A stretch of 64,000 bases of DNA from Patescibacteria group bacterium (GCA_041671645.1 JBAZBD010000001.1:799234-863233); one strand, 5' to 3'. Shown: positions 50,966 through 60,978, numbered from the stretch's first letter. The notes: generated by a model not told the origin, from the sequence alone. Numbers and translations: made by a program.

Positions 50966-51694
50966 CTATAAGTTCGCGTTGCTATATACATTGTTCACAT
51001 CATCGAGGTCGTCTAAATGATCGATAATTCTTTCGATCATTTCTTTCTTGTCATCAGCCAAATCAATATAATTGGAAGCAATTTGTACTGCCTCGGCTGA
51101 ATCAACCTTGATGCCAGCAGACTCTAAATTAACTTTGACTGAATGGATATCAGTGAAGGCGCAGGTGACAACGATCAGATTCTCTTCTTTGTCAAAATCT
51201 TCTGCCCCAGAGTCGAGAATTGCCATTTCAATATCATCGGGACTGATTGAATTTTTACTGAGATCAATAATCATCTGGCCTGTTTTCTTGAACAAATATG
51301 AGACCGAGCCGGCCGAAGCGAGAGAACCGCCATTTTTGTTCAAAACCGTTTTGATTTCCCCAAGCGCTCTGTTTTTGTTGTCAGTCAAGCATTCGATAAG
51401 GATGGCAACCCCTGCTGGACCGTATGCCTCGTACGTAATTTCTTCGAGTGCTGCGCCACCGTCAAGACCGCCAAGACCACGCTTGATCGCTCGATCAATA
51501 TTGTCCTTCGGCATCGAAACAGACTTGGCATTATCAACGGCAACTTTAAGCCCTGGGTTCATCGTCACATCGCCAGATTTGCCATCACGAGCCGCAATAG
51601 TGACCAACTTCGCCGCTTTAGTGAAAACTTTGGCCCGCTTGGCGTCGATCACGCCCTTCTTATGTTTGGTCGTCGCCCATTTACTATGTCCTGA
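50966..51694 (-). CDS. yebC: YebC/PmpR-family DNA-binding transcriptional regulator
   Basis: MSGHSKWATTKHKKG… hallmark N-terminus. AAGGAAAT RBS. The ORF track has 17 extra N-terminal codons. Confidence 0.85.
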   Translation of the reverse strand, partial: SGHSKWATTKHKKGVIDAKRAKVFTKAAKLVTIAARDGKSGDVTMNPGLKVAVDNAKSVSMPKDNIDRAIKRGLGGLDGGAALEEITYEAYGPAGVAILIECLTDNKNRALGEIKTVLNKNGGSLASAGSVSYLFKKTGQMIIDLSKNSISPDDIEMAILDSGAEDFDKEENLIVVTCAFTDIHSVKVNLESAGIKVDSAEAVQIASNYIDLADDKKEMIERIIDHLDDLDDVNNVYSNANL

Positions 51695-51803
51695 CATAAT
51701 TTCCTTGTCATCCCGAACTTGTTTCGGGATCTTAATTACAAACAATAGCGCCCATCTCTGGACACTATTGTTATAACAAACTTCAAACTATAAATCTATC
51801 TAG

Positions 51804-53609
51804 CTAATTGGTGAATTGGAAAGTAGAAGTGATTTTATCCTGAGTTGCCGATAGTTCGCCCGGACTGAAATGAATCCAATATACCTTGGAATTATGTTCT
51901 GCAGCTATTTGATAATATGCATCGCCGATTCCACCAGTTAAATATTTGTAGGCCTTTTCTCCATCTAATGTTGTGACGGCTATCTCTGAATTCGTAACAT
52001 CATTTCGGATAAAGCTATCTAAAGTCTTATCGTCGTTGTTAAATTTTGTAAATTCGGCAAGAGAGCTAACTGTCTGAACAATGATATTTGGTGAATAGGC
52101 TTCATTTTGCGTACCACTATTTTTTATAGCTTCATTCTTAGGAGAATTAAACGTGGCAGAGTCTGCTAAGACTCCTTTGGTCCAGTCAGCGGGGTATTTT
52201 ACAGAGTAGCCAAAAGCTGTGTCTGTATATGTCTTCCAAGTCAGAGTTTCGTCGTAAGTCAACGAATCGGCAATCAAACGAGCTGTCTCGATCTTTGCAT
52301 TTAGGTCAGAATAATCACCATTTTTAATCTTCTCCGCGATCTGTCTCGAGGATCCAACTCCGTCACATACATCTTCCTTGAGGGCAAGGCGCGCCGCCGC
52401 CGAGTCAGCAGTCATAGCCGCAGAAGATGAAGTGATACTTATTTCAATATTTGGAAATTCACTGTTAAGCGCAGTAACAACCTTCAGAGAACTACTCGGA
52501 GAACACTCACTGTTGAAATAATCGTAGACCAGCAGACTCTTATTGCTTAACTTTTTGACCATCAATACCTCCGGTATGGCTTGCGCACCGAACATGTTCG
52601 TTTGCAAATCTGCAACCGACCAAGAAGTATCTACCTTGACCTGGCTATAGGATGTATTAATTACAGGCAGTCCTTGAATATAAGCCTTTGCTTGGGCGCT
52701 TATGTCAAAAGATTTATCAGGGTCAAAATGAACAATTCCATTTTTGCCGTCAGAACTAGATATAAATTTGCCACCATATCCATCTTTTAGATTGTCGATC
52801 AGGTTAAGCTTCATGCTGGACCAATCTTGCGGATATTTAAGAGTGAATCCGACTTCTGTATTTGTATATGTCTTCCAGCCGAGGGTAGGATCAATCGCAA
52901 ATGTATTCAAAATATTCTTTTCCGTGGTGGTCAGATCGCTATCTACTTTTTTGTTCAATGAACTAATTTTATAAATATGACCGCTGCTTTCTAAAACAAT
53001 TACATATCCGCTGACATCTCCCGCTTGTGTCGCCGAATATGCGGTCTGACCAGCAAAAGTAATTTGTTTACTGTCGGAGAAACCAGATGTTTTCACATAA
53101 TCAGCAAGAGTCGCGGGCTTCGCTCCACCCAGACCGCCATAAGTGTCGCTAATACTAGCGTAGTAAGTCACCCCCATATTCGGGAAGACGGCTGCTCTTG
53201 AGGTAGGGTTTGCGACAGCATAATCATCGTTTGTTTTTTTGGTTTCTGGACTAGTTAGAGCGATAGAATTGGCGCCGAATACCGTTGCGGCATCAGCAAG
53301 CGTCCAATCAGTTGGGTATTTGATTGAATAACTAAACGCGGTGCTAGTGTATGTCTTCCAATCTGCAGTCGCGTCTACTGCTGTTGTCGTTGTGGTCGTG
53401 TCAGTCGTGGTAACCGTTGAAGCTGTGTCATCGCTTGATTTGGAGTTGATATAGCGATAGTAATAGGCGCCGGCAGCGACTACGAGAAGGAGGACGACGA
53501 GAGCCAATAATAGAATTACTTTGCTTCGTACTTTGGTCGATAGCACAAAACTTTTGTGCGATTCTGTCTTCTCCGTTTTTTGATCCATATTAATCTCTCC
53601 CTCTTTCAT
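51804..53609 (-). CDS. Membrane-anchored extracytoplasmic protein with three copies of a PsbP/DUF1795-like repeat (W-K-T-Y-T-x-T-x-F-x-Y-S-I/V-K-Y-P-x-D-W)
   Basis: N-terminal TM helix, Thr-rich linker, and three ~150-aa units each starting WKTYT…KYP.DW. Confidence 0.5.
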   Translation of the reverse strand: MKEGEINMDQKTEKTESHKSFVLSTKVRSKVILLLALVVLLLVVAAGAYYYRYINSKSSDDTASTVTTTDTTTTTTAVDATADWKTYTSTAFSYSIKYPTDWTLADAATVFGANSIALTSPETKKTNDDYAVANPTSRAAVFPNMGVTYYASISDTYGGLGGAKPATLADYVKTSGFSDSKQITFAGQTAYSATQAGDVSGYVIVLESSGHIYKISSLNKKVDSDLTTTEKNILNTFAIDPTLGWKTYTNTEVGFTLKYPQDWSSMKLNLIDNLKDGYGGKFISSSDGKNGIVHFDPDKSFDISAQAKAYIQGLPVINTSYSQVKVDTSWSVADLQTNMFGAQAIPEVLMVKKLSNKSLLVYDYFNSECSPSSSLKVVTALNSEFPNIEISITSSSAAMTADSAAARLALKEDVCDGVGSSRQIAEKIKNGDYSDLNAKIETARLIADSLTYDETLTWKTYTDTAFGYSVKYPADWTKGVLADSATFNSPKNEAIKNSGTQNEAYSPNIIVQTVSSLAEFTKFNNDDKTLDSFIRNDVTNSEIAVTTLDGEKAYKYLTGGIGDAYYQIAAEHNSKVYWIHFSPGELSATQDKITSTFQFTN

Positions 53610-53698
53610 CTTGTTCCTCTCAGTCAGTTAGTGAACACATTGATTTTAAAATTGTATCTAGCTTTTATTGTACAACAAAAATAGTTTGGACAATAGTT

Positions 53699-54565
53699 TT
53701 ATAAGCTGTTTCCAAGTTTTGATCGCGATAATTTACCCGCCTTGTCGATTTCGAAGCAGATGTCCCCGTCCTGATCGGTGCGGGAGATTTGGATATTGTG
53801 CTGATTCAGCCCATCGAGCGTTTCCTGGTTGGGATGACCGAATTGATTGTTTAGCCCATCTGAAATGACAGCAAACTCTGGATTTGCTTTATCATAGACA
53901 GAGCTTAAATAAGCATTTTTGGAGCCGTGATGGGCGACTTTGACGACTGACTCCTTGGACAAATTCGGAAGCAGATCAGACTGTCTATCCGCTTCGATGT
54001 CACCAGTAAGGAGGAAACAATTTTCTTGGGCGCAAAAATCCAAGACGAGCGAAGAGTTGTTGAGATTGTCAATTTTCTGCTTCACATATTCTCCTCCCGG
54101 ATAGAGAAAGCGAATCTGGCCAGGTGGGACTTCAATTGTTGAATCAATTTGTGGCACCGACAGGGACAGATTTTTGTCCTTCAAACTGTTCAAAAACTTT
54201 AGATATTGATCTGACTCAGCCACCACTCCAGTGCCGTAAACCTGACCAACGGTGTAGCGAGCTAAGACTTCATTGATCCCGACAATGTGATCGGCGTGTG
54301 GATGAGGAAGTATGATGAGATCGATTTTTCTGTCTTCCAGAGCCATCATTTTCGGTAATTTTTCCAAGACTTTGGCATCTGGCCCGCCGTCAATTAGTAT
54401 TTGGAAATCGCCCTTGGATATCATGGCCGCGTCTCCTTGGCCAACGTCGAAATAACAAACTTTGGTCAAGTCTGTGGCTGGAGAATTGAAAATCAGAAAG
54501 ATAAAGGAAATCGGCAGGAGCAAAGATACCATGATTATTTTTTTGGCGTGTTTTCTCATGATCAA
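53699..54565 (-). CDS. ComEC C-terminal metallo-β-lactamase-fold domain protein (separate ORF)
   Basis: Signal/TM helix, then DVGQGDAAMISKGDFQILIDGGPD…ILPHPHADHIVG (the HxHxDH MBL motif). 4-nt overlap with the upstream ComEC channel ORF. Start may be TTG at 54565 or ATG at 54559. Confidence 0.7.
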   Translation of the reverse strand: MIMRKHAKKIIMVSLLLPISFIFLIFNSPATDLTKVCYFDVGQGDAAMISKGDFQILIDGGPDAKVLEKLPKMMALEDRKIDLIILPHPHADHIVGINEVLARYTVGQVYGTGVVAESDQYLKFLNSLKDKNLSLSVPQIDSTIEVPPGQIRFLYPGGEYVKQKIDNLNNSSLVLDFCAQENCFLLTGDIEADRQSDLLPNLSKESVVKVAHHGSKNAYLSSVYDKANPEFAVISDGLNNQFGHPNQETLDGLNQHNIQISRTDQDGDICFEIDKAGKLSRSKLGNSL

Positions 54566-56001
54566 AAAGTTAGCGAAGCTAGCGGAACACGAGCTAAATA
54601 ATGAATTGCCAAGATAACGTATTCGAGCATCGGCCAGAGCAGGAGGGCAATGGCTTGAGCGAAAGGCGCCCAGATGAAGCCCAAAATTATGGCGACAAAA
54701 GTGAATAGCATGATCCAGGCCACGCTCCAGACGACCAAGAGATTGGCAATCGGCGAGATCAATGAAATTGTTCGGAAATTGTAGAAAATGATCGGAATTA
54801 CGGCGAGCTGAGCCGCCAGAGTCTCACAGGTCATCTTGGCGAAGTCAGGTGTTTCGGAACGCTTCGAGATTTTTTGATACAAATCAGAGAGCAATGGAGC
54901 GAGATATATGATACCGATGAAAGCGGCGAATGAAAGTTGGAAGCCGAGATCATAGAATAATAGATACGGATTTTGCAGCAACATAACAAGCGCAGTCAGA
55001 GTCAAAATATTGAGCTGATCAGCCCTCCGGCCGTAAGTCGTGCCGAAAAGAATCAGCATCGAGAAGATTCCGGCTCGGACAACCGAAGCGGAGCATCCGG
55101 TCGCCAAGATGAAAATGATGACGAAGATTAGTCCGGCCCAAAACGATCTCTTCTTGCCCAGAAACCCAGCAAGGACCCAGGCTAGAGCGATCGTAATGAT
55201 AGTGACGTTAAATCCCGAAAGAGCCACGATGTGAGTCAGCCCCGTTTTCTGGAGATCATCCTTCAGCCCCTGGCTCATATTGGATTGGCTGCCAAGCAAG
55301 ATTCCACTAGCGAGCGAGGCGTGTGGCTCAGGCAGGGATCGGCTGATCAGACTGGCTGATTTCTCTATTGCCAAGAAGAGCGCACCCTTAACCGTCACCC
55401 AGATAGAGCTATCCTGCCCAACGATCGTAATCTGCTCGCTCTCTAAGATGCCATAAATCCCCTTCCCTTTGAGATATCCTGGATAATCAAAATCTTCAAT
55501 TTTCTCTGGTTTGACTATTTTCCCATTAATCTCTAATTTGTCGCCATATCGATAAATCGGAAAAACTGGAGCCTTCAGAAGCAAACGAGTTTTCTTGCCT
55601 GCCTCGGCGGCAGACGGGCCATTTATATCCGCCAGTACTGTCAATTTTTGATTGGTCGCCGTCACCGCCGGTCGCTCCGCCACGACGACATTAAAGCTCG
55701 CGCTTTGGTCAAAAATGAGGCTGGGCGTGCTTTTGTAGGAAAAATATGATAAATAGAAAAGTCCAAGGGAGAAAAATAAAAAGGCAAAGGAGATCAGGAC
55801 CAGCCCCCGTAATTTAAGAAGAAAATTGATGAAAGCGGTCAGAATGAGAGCGCAAAATAGAAAAATAAACAGACGGAAATCTGCTAAATAATTGAGAGTC
55901 AGGAAATTCGCAAAAGTTAGGCCAACCAAAAATGAGATCGCAAGAACTGTGAAAAGACGAAAGGGATAAAATAAATTCTCCCACCAATCTTTGAAAAGCA
56001 T
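54562..56001 (-). CDS. comEC: ComEC/Rec2 DNA-uptake channel, N-terminal part (OB/DUF4131 plus the Competence domain), lacking the MBL domain
   Basis: More than 8 TM helices. Conserved Competence-domain motif LTHIVALSGFNVT and OB-fold region (VVVAERP…KLTVLADI…). Confidence 0.7.
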   Translation of the reverse strand: MLFKDWWENLFYPFRLFTVLAISFLVGLTFANFLTLNYLADFRLFIFLFCALILTAFINFLLKLRGLVLISFAFLFFSLGLFYLSYFSYKSTPSLIFDQSASFNVVVAERPAVTATNQKLTVLADINGPSAAEAGKKTRLLLKAPVFPIYRYGDKLEINGKIVKPEKIEDFDYPGYLKGKGIYGILESEQITIVGQDSSIWVTVKGALFLAIEKSASLISRSLPEPHASLASGILLGSQSNMSQGLKDDLQKTGLTHIVALSGFNVTIITIALAWVLAGFLGKKRSFWAGLIFVIIFILATGCSASVVRAGIFSMLILFGTTYGRRADQLNILTLTALVMLLQNPYLLFYDLGFQLSFAAFIGIIYLAPLLSDLYQKISKRSETPDFAKMTCETLAAQLAVIPIIFYNFRTISLISPIANLLVVWSVAWIMLFTFVAIILGFIWAPFAQAIALLLWPMLEYVILAIHYLARVPLASLTF

Positions 56002-56061
56002 ATTGATTTAGGATTTGAGAATACTATATCATAAACGAAGGGATTAATAAGGAATACCAAT

Positions 56062-56538
56062 ATGAAAAGCAAAAAAGTACAACCAGATACAACAATAGAA
56101 TCAGAGCAAAAGATTGCCGAGCTGACCCTTGGCTGGCAGAGAACTCAAGCTGATTTTCAGAATTTCCGACGCCAGGTCGAGTTAGATCGGCAGAAACTGC
56201 TCAAGACGGCTAGCGCCCAGGTGCTGGAAGATATTTTGCCGGTGTTGGACAACTTCCAGCTTGCGGCCAAGCACGCTCCGGCAGAATTGGAAAATAATAA
56301 TTGGGTTATCGGCATCAAACAGATCGAGAAACAGCTCGAAGGCATCCTGGCCAACGAGGGCTTGGTAAAAATAGAAACAATCGGCCAACAATTTAACCCA
56401 GAATTTCATGAAGCAATCGAGCATCTCTCCTCCGACAAACCAGAAAATGAAATTGTGGAAGAAGTTTCGTCTGGCTACACTTACGAGACCATCGTCCTCC
56501 GACCAGCAAAGGTAAAGGTCTCTTCAGGAAAACAATAA
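56062..56538 (+). CDS. grpE: Nucleotide exchange factor GrpE
   Basis: Coiled-coil N-terminus and GrpE C-terminal β-domain. 158 aa. Confidence 0.85.
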   Translation: MKSKKVQPDTTIESEQKIAELTLGWQRTQADFQNFRRQVELDRQKLLKTASAQVLEDILPVLDNFQLAAKHAPAELENNNWVIGIKQIEKQLEGILANEGLVKIETIGQQFNPEFHEAIEHLSSDKPENEIVEEVSSGYTYETIVLRPAKVKVSSGKQ

Positions 56539-56562
56539 GCCCTAATTTACAGAAGAACCAAA

Positions 56563-56588
56563 AAAGTCGGCCTAGCCGTCTTTTTTGA
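56563..56588 (+). terminator. grpE terminator (imperfect hairpin GTCGGC-cta-GCCGTC followed by TTTTTTGA)
   Basis: Read directly from the sequence, 25 nt after the grpE stop. Confidence 0.45.
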
Positions 56589-56664
56589 TAGGGGGTCTTG
56601 ATCCGTCCTTCGTTAAAACTACGGAGGATCAACCCCTCCGTAGCTCCTGCGGAGCAAAGGGGGG

Positions 56665-56694
56665 TTGACAAAATGTAAAGTCTACTTTACATTT
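56665..56694 (+). promoter_or_regulatory. dnaK promoter region: TTGACA -35 box immediately followed by a perfect 10-4-10 palindrome AAATGTAAAG-TCTA-CTTTACATTT (candidate heat-shock operator, not CIRCE)
   Basis: TTGACA at 56665-70. The palindrome 56671-56694 overlaps the spacer and -10 region, 34 nt upstream of the dnaK ATG. Confidence 0.5.
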
Positions 56695-56727
56695 TAGATA
56701 GTATTATTTTATTAACAAGGAGTTCAT

Positions 56728-58632
56728 ATGTCCAAAATCATCGGTATCGACTTAGGTACCACCAACTCAGCTGTCGCTATTATGGAAGGTGGCGAAGCCA
56801 AGATTATCACTTCCTCAGAAGGCGGACGAACCGTCCCCTCAATCGTGACTGAGACCAAAAAGGGCGACCGATTAGTCGGTCAATTGGCCAAGAGACAAGC
56901 TGTCACAAATGCAGAAAACACTGTTTTCTCGATCAAACGTTTCATCGGTCGTAAGTTCGACGATGCTGACGCACAGGCAGATATCAAGAAAATGCCTTAT
57001 GGCGCCAAGAAGGCCTCTGATGGATCGATCCGAGTCAGCATGATCGGTCAAGAGTACAGCCCACAAGAAATCTCTGCCTTCATCTTGCAGAAATTAAAGA
57101 CCGATGCTGAGACCTATCTCGGCGAGAAAGTAACAGAAGCCGTCATTACTGTGCCTGCCTATTTTAATGATGCTCAGCGCCAAGCGACCAAAGATGCTGG
57201 CAAAATTGCAGGTCTCGAAGTCAAAAGAATTATCAACGAGCCGACCGCGGCCGCTCTTGCTTACGGACTAGACAAACAGAAGAATGAAAAAATCGCTGTT
57301 TACGACCTCGGTGGCGGAACATTTGATATTACCATTTTGGAGCTGGGCGATGGCGTTTTCGAAGTCAAAGCAACCAACGGTGACACTCATCTCGGCGGCG
57401 ACGACTTTGATCAGCGAATCATGGACTACATTATCGATGAGTTCAAGAAGGATCAGGGCGTCGATCTACACGCCGACAAAGCAGCAGTCCAAAGAGTCAA
57501 GGAAGCAGCCGAAAAAGCCAAAATTGAGCTCTCGACCGCTCTTGAGACTGAAATCAACCTACCTTTCATCACCGCTGATGCCTCCGGTCCAAAACATTTG
57601 ACCCTGACAATCAAACGCGCTGATCTCGAAAAAATGGTTGGCGAGTTGATCGAAAAGACGATGAAGCCATGCCAGAAGGTCTTGGACGACGCTAAGATGA
57701 AAAAAGAGGATATCAATGAAGTGATCCTGGTCGGTGGCATGACACGTATGCCAGCCGTTCGTGAGGCAGTCAAGAAATTCTGGGGCAAAGAGCCAAACCA
57801 TTCCGTCAATCCTGACGAGGCCGTCGCTATCGGTGCCGCTATTCAGGGCGGAGTCTTGGCTGGAGATGTCAAAGATTTGCTCCTGCTAGACGTGACTCCA
57901 CTCTCTCTTGGAATCGAAACTTTGGGCGGTGTCTCGACCAAATTGATCGAGCGCAATACTACTATCCCAACCAGCAAATCACAGATTTTCTCTACCGCAG
58001 CTGACAATCAAACTTCTGTAGAAATTCATGTCTTGCAGGGCGAGCGCGAAATGGCCGCCGACAACAAGACGCTTGGCCGATTCATGCTTGATGGCATTCC
58101 ACCTGCCCCACGCGGCATTCCACAGGTCGAAGTTTCCTTCGACATTGACGCCAACGGCATTGTGAATGTCAAAGCTACCGACAAAGCAACCAACAAAGAG
58201 CAGAGAATCACTATTACTGCTTCGAGCGGACTATCTGAATCTGAAATTGAAAGAATGAGAAAAGAAGCCGAAGAGCATGCTGACGAAGACAAGAAGAAAA
58301 AAGAGGCTGTCGAAGTCAAAAATATGGCTGACACATTGATCTATACTGCTGAAAAGACACTAAAAGACGCAGGAGACAAAGTTGATTCTAACTTGAAATC
58401 TGATGTCGAGCAGAAAATCCAAGCCTTGAAGGACGTCAAAGACAAAGATAATCTCGAAGAGATCAAGACCCAGACAGAATCTCTCAGCACTGCTCTGCAG
58501 GAAATTGGCAAGAAGATGTACGAACAGGCTGCCAAAGAGCAACCAAAAGCCGACGGTGCGAAGGAAGAGGAAAAGGCCGAAGAACCCAAAAATAATCCGC
58601 CAGCTGGCGGAGATGAGCCAAAAGCTGAATAA
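56728..58632 (+). CDS. dnaK: Molecular chaperone DnaK (Hsp70)
   Basis: [10 protein letters not shown]…, DLGGGTFD, and a full Hsp70 architecture. 634 aa. Confidence 0.95.
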   Translation: MSKIIGIDLGTTNSAVAIMEGGEAKIITSSEGGRTVPSIVTETKKGDRLVGQLAKRQAVTNAENTVFSIKRFIGRKFDDADAQADIKKMPYGAKKASDGSIRVSMIGQEYSPQEISAFILQKLKTDAETYLGEKVTEAVITVPAYFNDAQRQATKDAGKIAGLEVKRIINEPTAAALAYGLDKQKNEKIAVYDLGGGTFDITILELGDGVFEVKATNGDTHLGGDDFDQRIMDYIIDEFKKDQGVDLHADKAAVQRVKEAAEKAKIELSTALETEINLPFITADASGPKHLTLTIKRADLEKMVGELIEKTMKPCQKVLDDAKMKKEDINEVILVGGMTRMPAVREAVKKFWGKEPNHSVNPDEAVAIGAAIQGGVLAGDVKDLLLLDVTPLSLGIETLGGVSTKLIERNTTIPTSKSQIFSTAADNQTSVEIHVLQGEREMAADNKTLGRFMLDGIPPAPRGIPQVEVSFDIDANGIVNVKATDKATNKEQRITITASSGLSESEIERMRKEAEEHADEDKKKKEAVEVKNMADTLIYTAEKTLKDAGDKVDSNLKSDVEQKIQALKDVKDKDNLEEIKTQTESLSTALQEIGKKMYEQAAKEQPKADGAKEEEKAEEPKNNPPAGGDEPKAE

Positions 58633-58646
58633 TTTGCTTCCATATT

Positions 58647-58672
58647 TGCCCTCTATTGCTTAGAGGGCAAGA
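58647..58672 (+). terminator. dnaK terminator hairpin (TTGCCCTCTA-ttgc-TTAGAGGGCAA)
   Basis: 10-bp stem 15 nt after the stop. Confidence 0.55.
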
Positions 58673-58748
58673 TGGAGTTAAAATTATAGAGATCTGGTTT
58701 TGTCCGATTTCAACTTAACATGGAGGGTCCCCTCAGGGGGAAAGTTTT

Positions 58749-59408
58749 GTGAATTTGTTTCGTAATCCTATCTTTATACTTTTCTTCGTCGTCGCCCTAA
58801 TCGTGTCGATCGTCTGGAGTTATATTTCGAACAAGAAAACTAATACTCCGGTCACGACCGAGACGACTGAGACGACAACAACAGACACACCCAAGGTGAC
58901 CAATCTGACAAACCTTGACCCTGTCGACTTCGACTCGACCTTGAAGGGATATCTCGATATCGCAGCCACTAAGTCAGCGGAGATCAACAAGGATTACAAG
59001 TTGGCCGATATCGAAGTAGAGATAGGCCAATCCCTCCAACCAGCCGACGCCACTATTCGATATGCGTACAATCTCGGGGCCACAGACACAAGCAATTGGA
59101 TAATTTCATTTGCCCAGGACACCGGCAGTTATGTTCGTTCGCTTATCCCAAGTGAGGATTATCTCGGCCACCCCAAGCAGATTGACACGACACTCTGGAA
59201 ATTTAATTACGTCACCGCTCTGCAATTGGCTGAGAAGAATGGCGGCCTCGAATACCGTGAGAAAAATTCTGACTTTTCCAGCGTCAAAATGAGTTTGAAA
59301 CATACTGGCGAAAAAGCCTGGCTCCTCTGGAGTGTGGAGTACAAAGGTACGACCAGCGGCCTAACTGTCCTAATCGACGCAAACTCAGGTGACAAAGTCA
59401 CTCAATAA
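58749..59408 (+). CDS. Hypothetical membrane-anchored extracytoplasmic protein (219 aa) inserted between dnaK and dnaJ
   Basis: GTG start with a GGGGGAAAG RBS. N-terminal TM helix, Thr/Glu-rich linker, globular C-terminal domain. Confidence 0.5.
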   Translation: MNLFRNPIFILFFVVALIVSIVWSYISNKKTNTPVTTETTETTTTDTPKVTNLTNLDPVDFDSTLKGYLDIAATKSAEINKDYKLADIEVEIGQSLQPADATIRYAYNLGATDTSNWIISFAQDTGSYVRSLIPSEDYLGHPKQIDTTLWKFNYVTALQLAEKNGGLEYREKNSDFSSVKMSLKHTGEKAWLLWSVEYKGTTSGLTVLIDANSGDKVTQ

Positions 59409-59493
59409 AGCAGTAATATATAAGCTTATAAGTCCGATAAGCGCTCTGCTACTTGCTTACCAACTTAGGATTTATAGCTAATTGCTTATTTTT

Positions 59494-60144
59494 ATGTCAA
59501 CAGATTATTACAAAACTTTGGGTGTCTCAAAATCGGCCTCGGCCGAGGAAATCAAAAAAGCTTATCGAAAGCTTGCTTTGGAGCACCATCCTGATCGAGG
59601 CGGCGGCAACAATTCCGACGCCAAGTTCAAGGAGGTCAACGAGGCCTATCAGGTCCTCTCTGACCCCGAGAAACGCAAGACATACGATCAGTTTGGCGAT
59701 GCCGCCTTCAAAAACGGTGGAGCTGGGGCTGGAGGCTTTGGCGGATATCGACAGGGCGGATTCCAGGGCGACTTTTCTGATTTTGACTTCTCTGGATTCG
59801 GATTTGGTGGAGGAATTGGAGATATTTTTGAAGACTTTTTCGGCGCCCAGATGTCTCAGGTCCAAGCCGAATTACAAATTTCCCCTGCTCAGGCCGTACT
59901 TGGGGATAAAGTTTCCGTCCAGATCAATGGCGAGAATCTGGAGTTCTCTCTTCCCGCAGGCACAAACGATGGCACTTCATTCCGTTTTCAGGGCAAGGGT
60001 CGTGCAACACGAAATGGCCGCAAAGGAGATCTCATCCTAACAATCAAAATTGTAATGCCAAAACACCTGACAAAGGAACAGCAAGAACTCTGGCAACGTC
60101 TCCGCGACGAAGAATCCAAGAAAAAAGGTTGGTGGGGCGCTTAG
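59494..60144 (+). CDS. dnaJ: J-domain co-chaperone (short DnaJ/CbpA-like: J domain plus Gly/Phe region, no CxxCxGxG zinc finger)
   Basis: DYYKTLGV…HPD tripeptide…G/F-rich segment. Only about 217 aa. ATG at 59494; the ORF track begins at an upstream TTG. Confidence 0.75.
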   Translation: MSTDYYKTLGVSKSASAEEIKKAYRKLALEHHPDRGGGNNSDAKFKEVNEAYQVLSDPEKRKTYDQFGDAAFKNGGAGAGGFGGYRQGGFQGDFSDFDFSGFGFGGGIGDIFEDFFGAQMSQVQAELQISPAQAVLGDKVSVQINGENLEFSLPAGTNDGTSFRFQGKGRATRNGRKGDLILTIKIVMPKHLTKEQQELWQRLRDEESKKKGWWGA

Positions 60145-60287
60145 CGCCCCCTTAACCACGCTAAGCGTGGTGGCGGTAGGCCAAAAAAGGATTACCCCGC
60201 AGGGGACCCTTTGGGTCAAATTTTCCTAATTACAGATATTAATTTGATATTCGTAATTTGAACGATCCGTAATCCGTTATGTTGTTT

Positions 60288-60316
60288 CTTGACTTGAAAC
60301 AAGAAAAAACCGATAA
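60288..60316 (+). promoter_or_regulatory. Candidate promoter TTGACT, 17-nt spacer, GATAAT. The -35 box lies in the loop of a TGTTTC/GAAACA hairpin.
   Basis: Hexamers and spacing read directly. About 40 nt upstream of the CDS at 60355. Confidence 0.4.
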
Positions 60317-60354
60317 TAGAAGAAACAAAAAGGTAAGTTAGAGGGGTAAAAAGA

Positions 60355-60864
60355 GTGCAGCTTCCTAGTGTGGATGTTTTTATCGGGTTGTTATTCTTAG
60401 TCGGCATCGCCTACGGCTTTATTTTGCAACGAGAAAAAACGATCACGACACTGATTTCTGTCTACATCGGGCTGGTCGTTGCATCGAGCTTCTCCGGAAC
60501 AGTATTTGACTTCTTCAATGGCAACAAGGTGATTGCCAATCAGATTTGGATCAGAGGCAACGCTTCAAATCCGACAATAGCGATCGTAATATTCTTGATC
60601 ACTACTTTCCTCGTCTCGGGAGCAATCAACTCAAAATCAAAAAAAGGTGACGGCAGTATTTCTCTCCTCGAGACGATTGTCTACAGCGCTCTGATGATGG
60701 CCCTAATCCTCTCCTCCATCTTGGGATTCCTCCCCGAAGCGACCAGAACCCACTATATCGAAACTTCTATGTCCGCAAAATATCTTTGGAATATGCGGAC
60801 ATTATTTGTAGTTTTACCCCCGATCATGTTGGTCTTCCTGAATTGGAAAAGAAAAGAGAAATAG
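60355..60864 (+). CDS. CvpA-like (colicin V production family) polytopic membrane protein
   Basis: GTG start with a GAGGGG RBS. 4-TM profile and an N-terminus (VDVFIGLLFLVGIAYGF…) reminiscent of CvpA. Tentative. Confidence 0.4.
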   Translation: MQLPSVDVFIGLLFLVGIAYGFILQREKTITTLISVYIGLVVASSFSGTVFDFFNGNKVIANQIWIRGNASNPTIAIVIFLITTFLVSGAINSKSKKGDGSISLLETIVYSALMMALILSSILGFLPEATRTHYIETSMSAKYLWNMRTLFVVLPPIMLVFLNWKRKEK

Positions 60865-60978
60865 CAGAAAATTATTACTTATTAGTTCTTAATTTTTATT
60901 CAATTATTAATTAATAATTATAAATTGATTAGAAATTAAGCCGAAGGCTCCCCTTCGGGGGAAATCAATTATTAGAAA

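Noticed and set aside
51072-51776. 234-aa plus-strand ORF
   Set aside because: It is antisense to the well-supported yebC gene and is Ser/Ala/Pro-rich low-complexity sequence.
56539-56727. CIRCE/HrcA operator upstream of dnaK
   Set aside because: No TTAGCACTC-N9-GAGTGCTAA match. The palindrome present has different sequence and 10-4-10 geometry, so it is reported as a distinct candidate operator instead.
58719-58745. Short GC hairpins with the shared motif CCCCT(C/T)NGGGGGAAA upstream of the genes at 58749 and 60979 (58726-58739 and 60942-60959)
   Set aside because: Only two copies, each overlapping or adjoining an RBS. Most likely ordinary leader or terminator hairpins in an AT-rich genome, and too little evidence for a regulatory RNA family.
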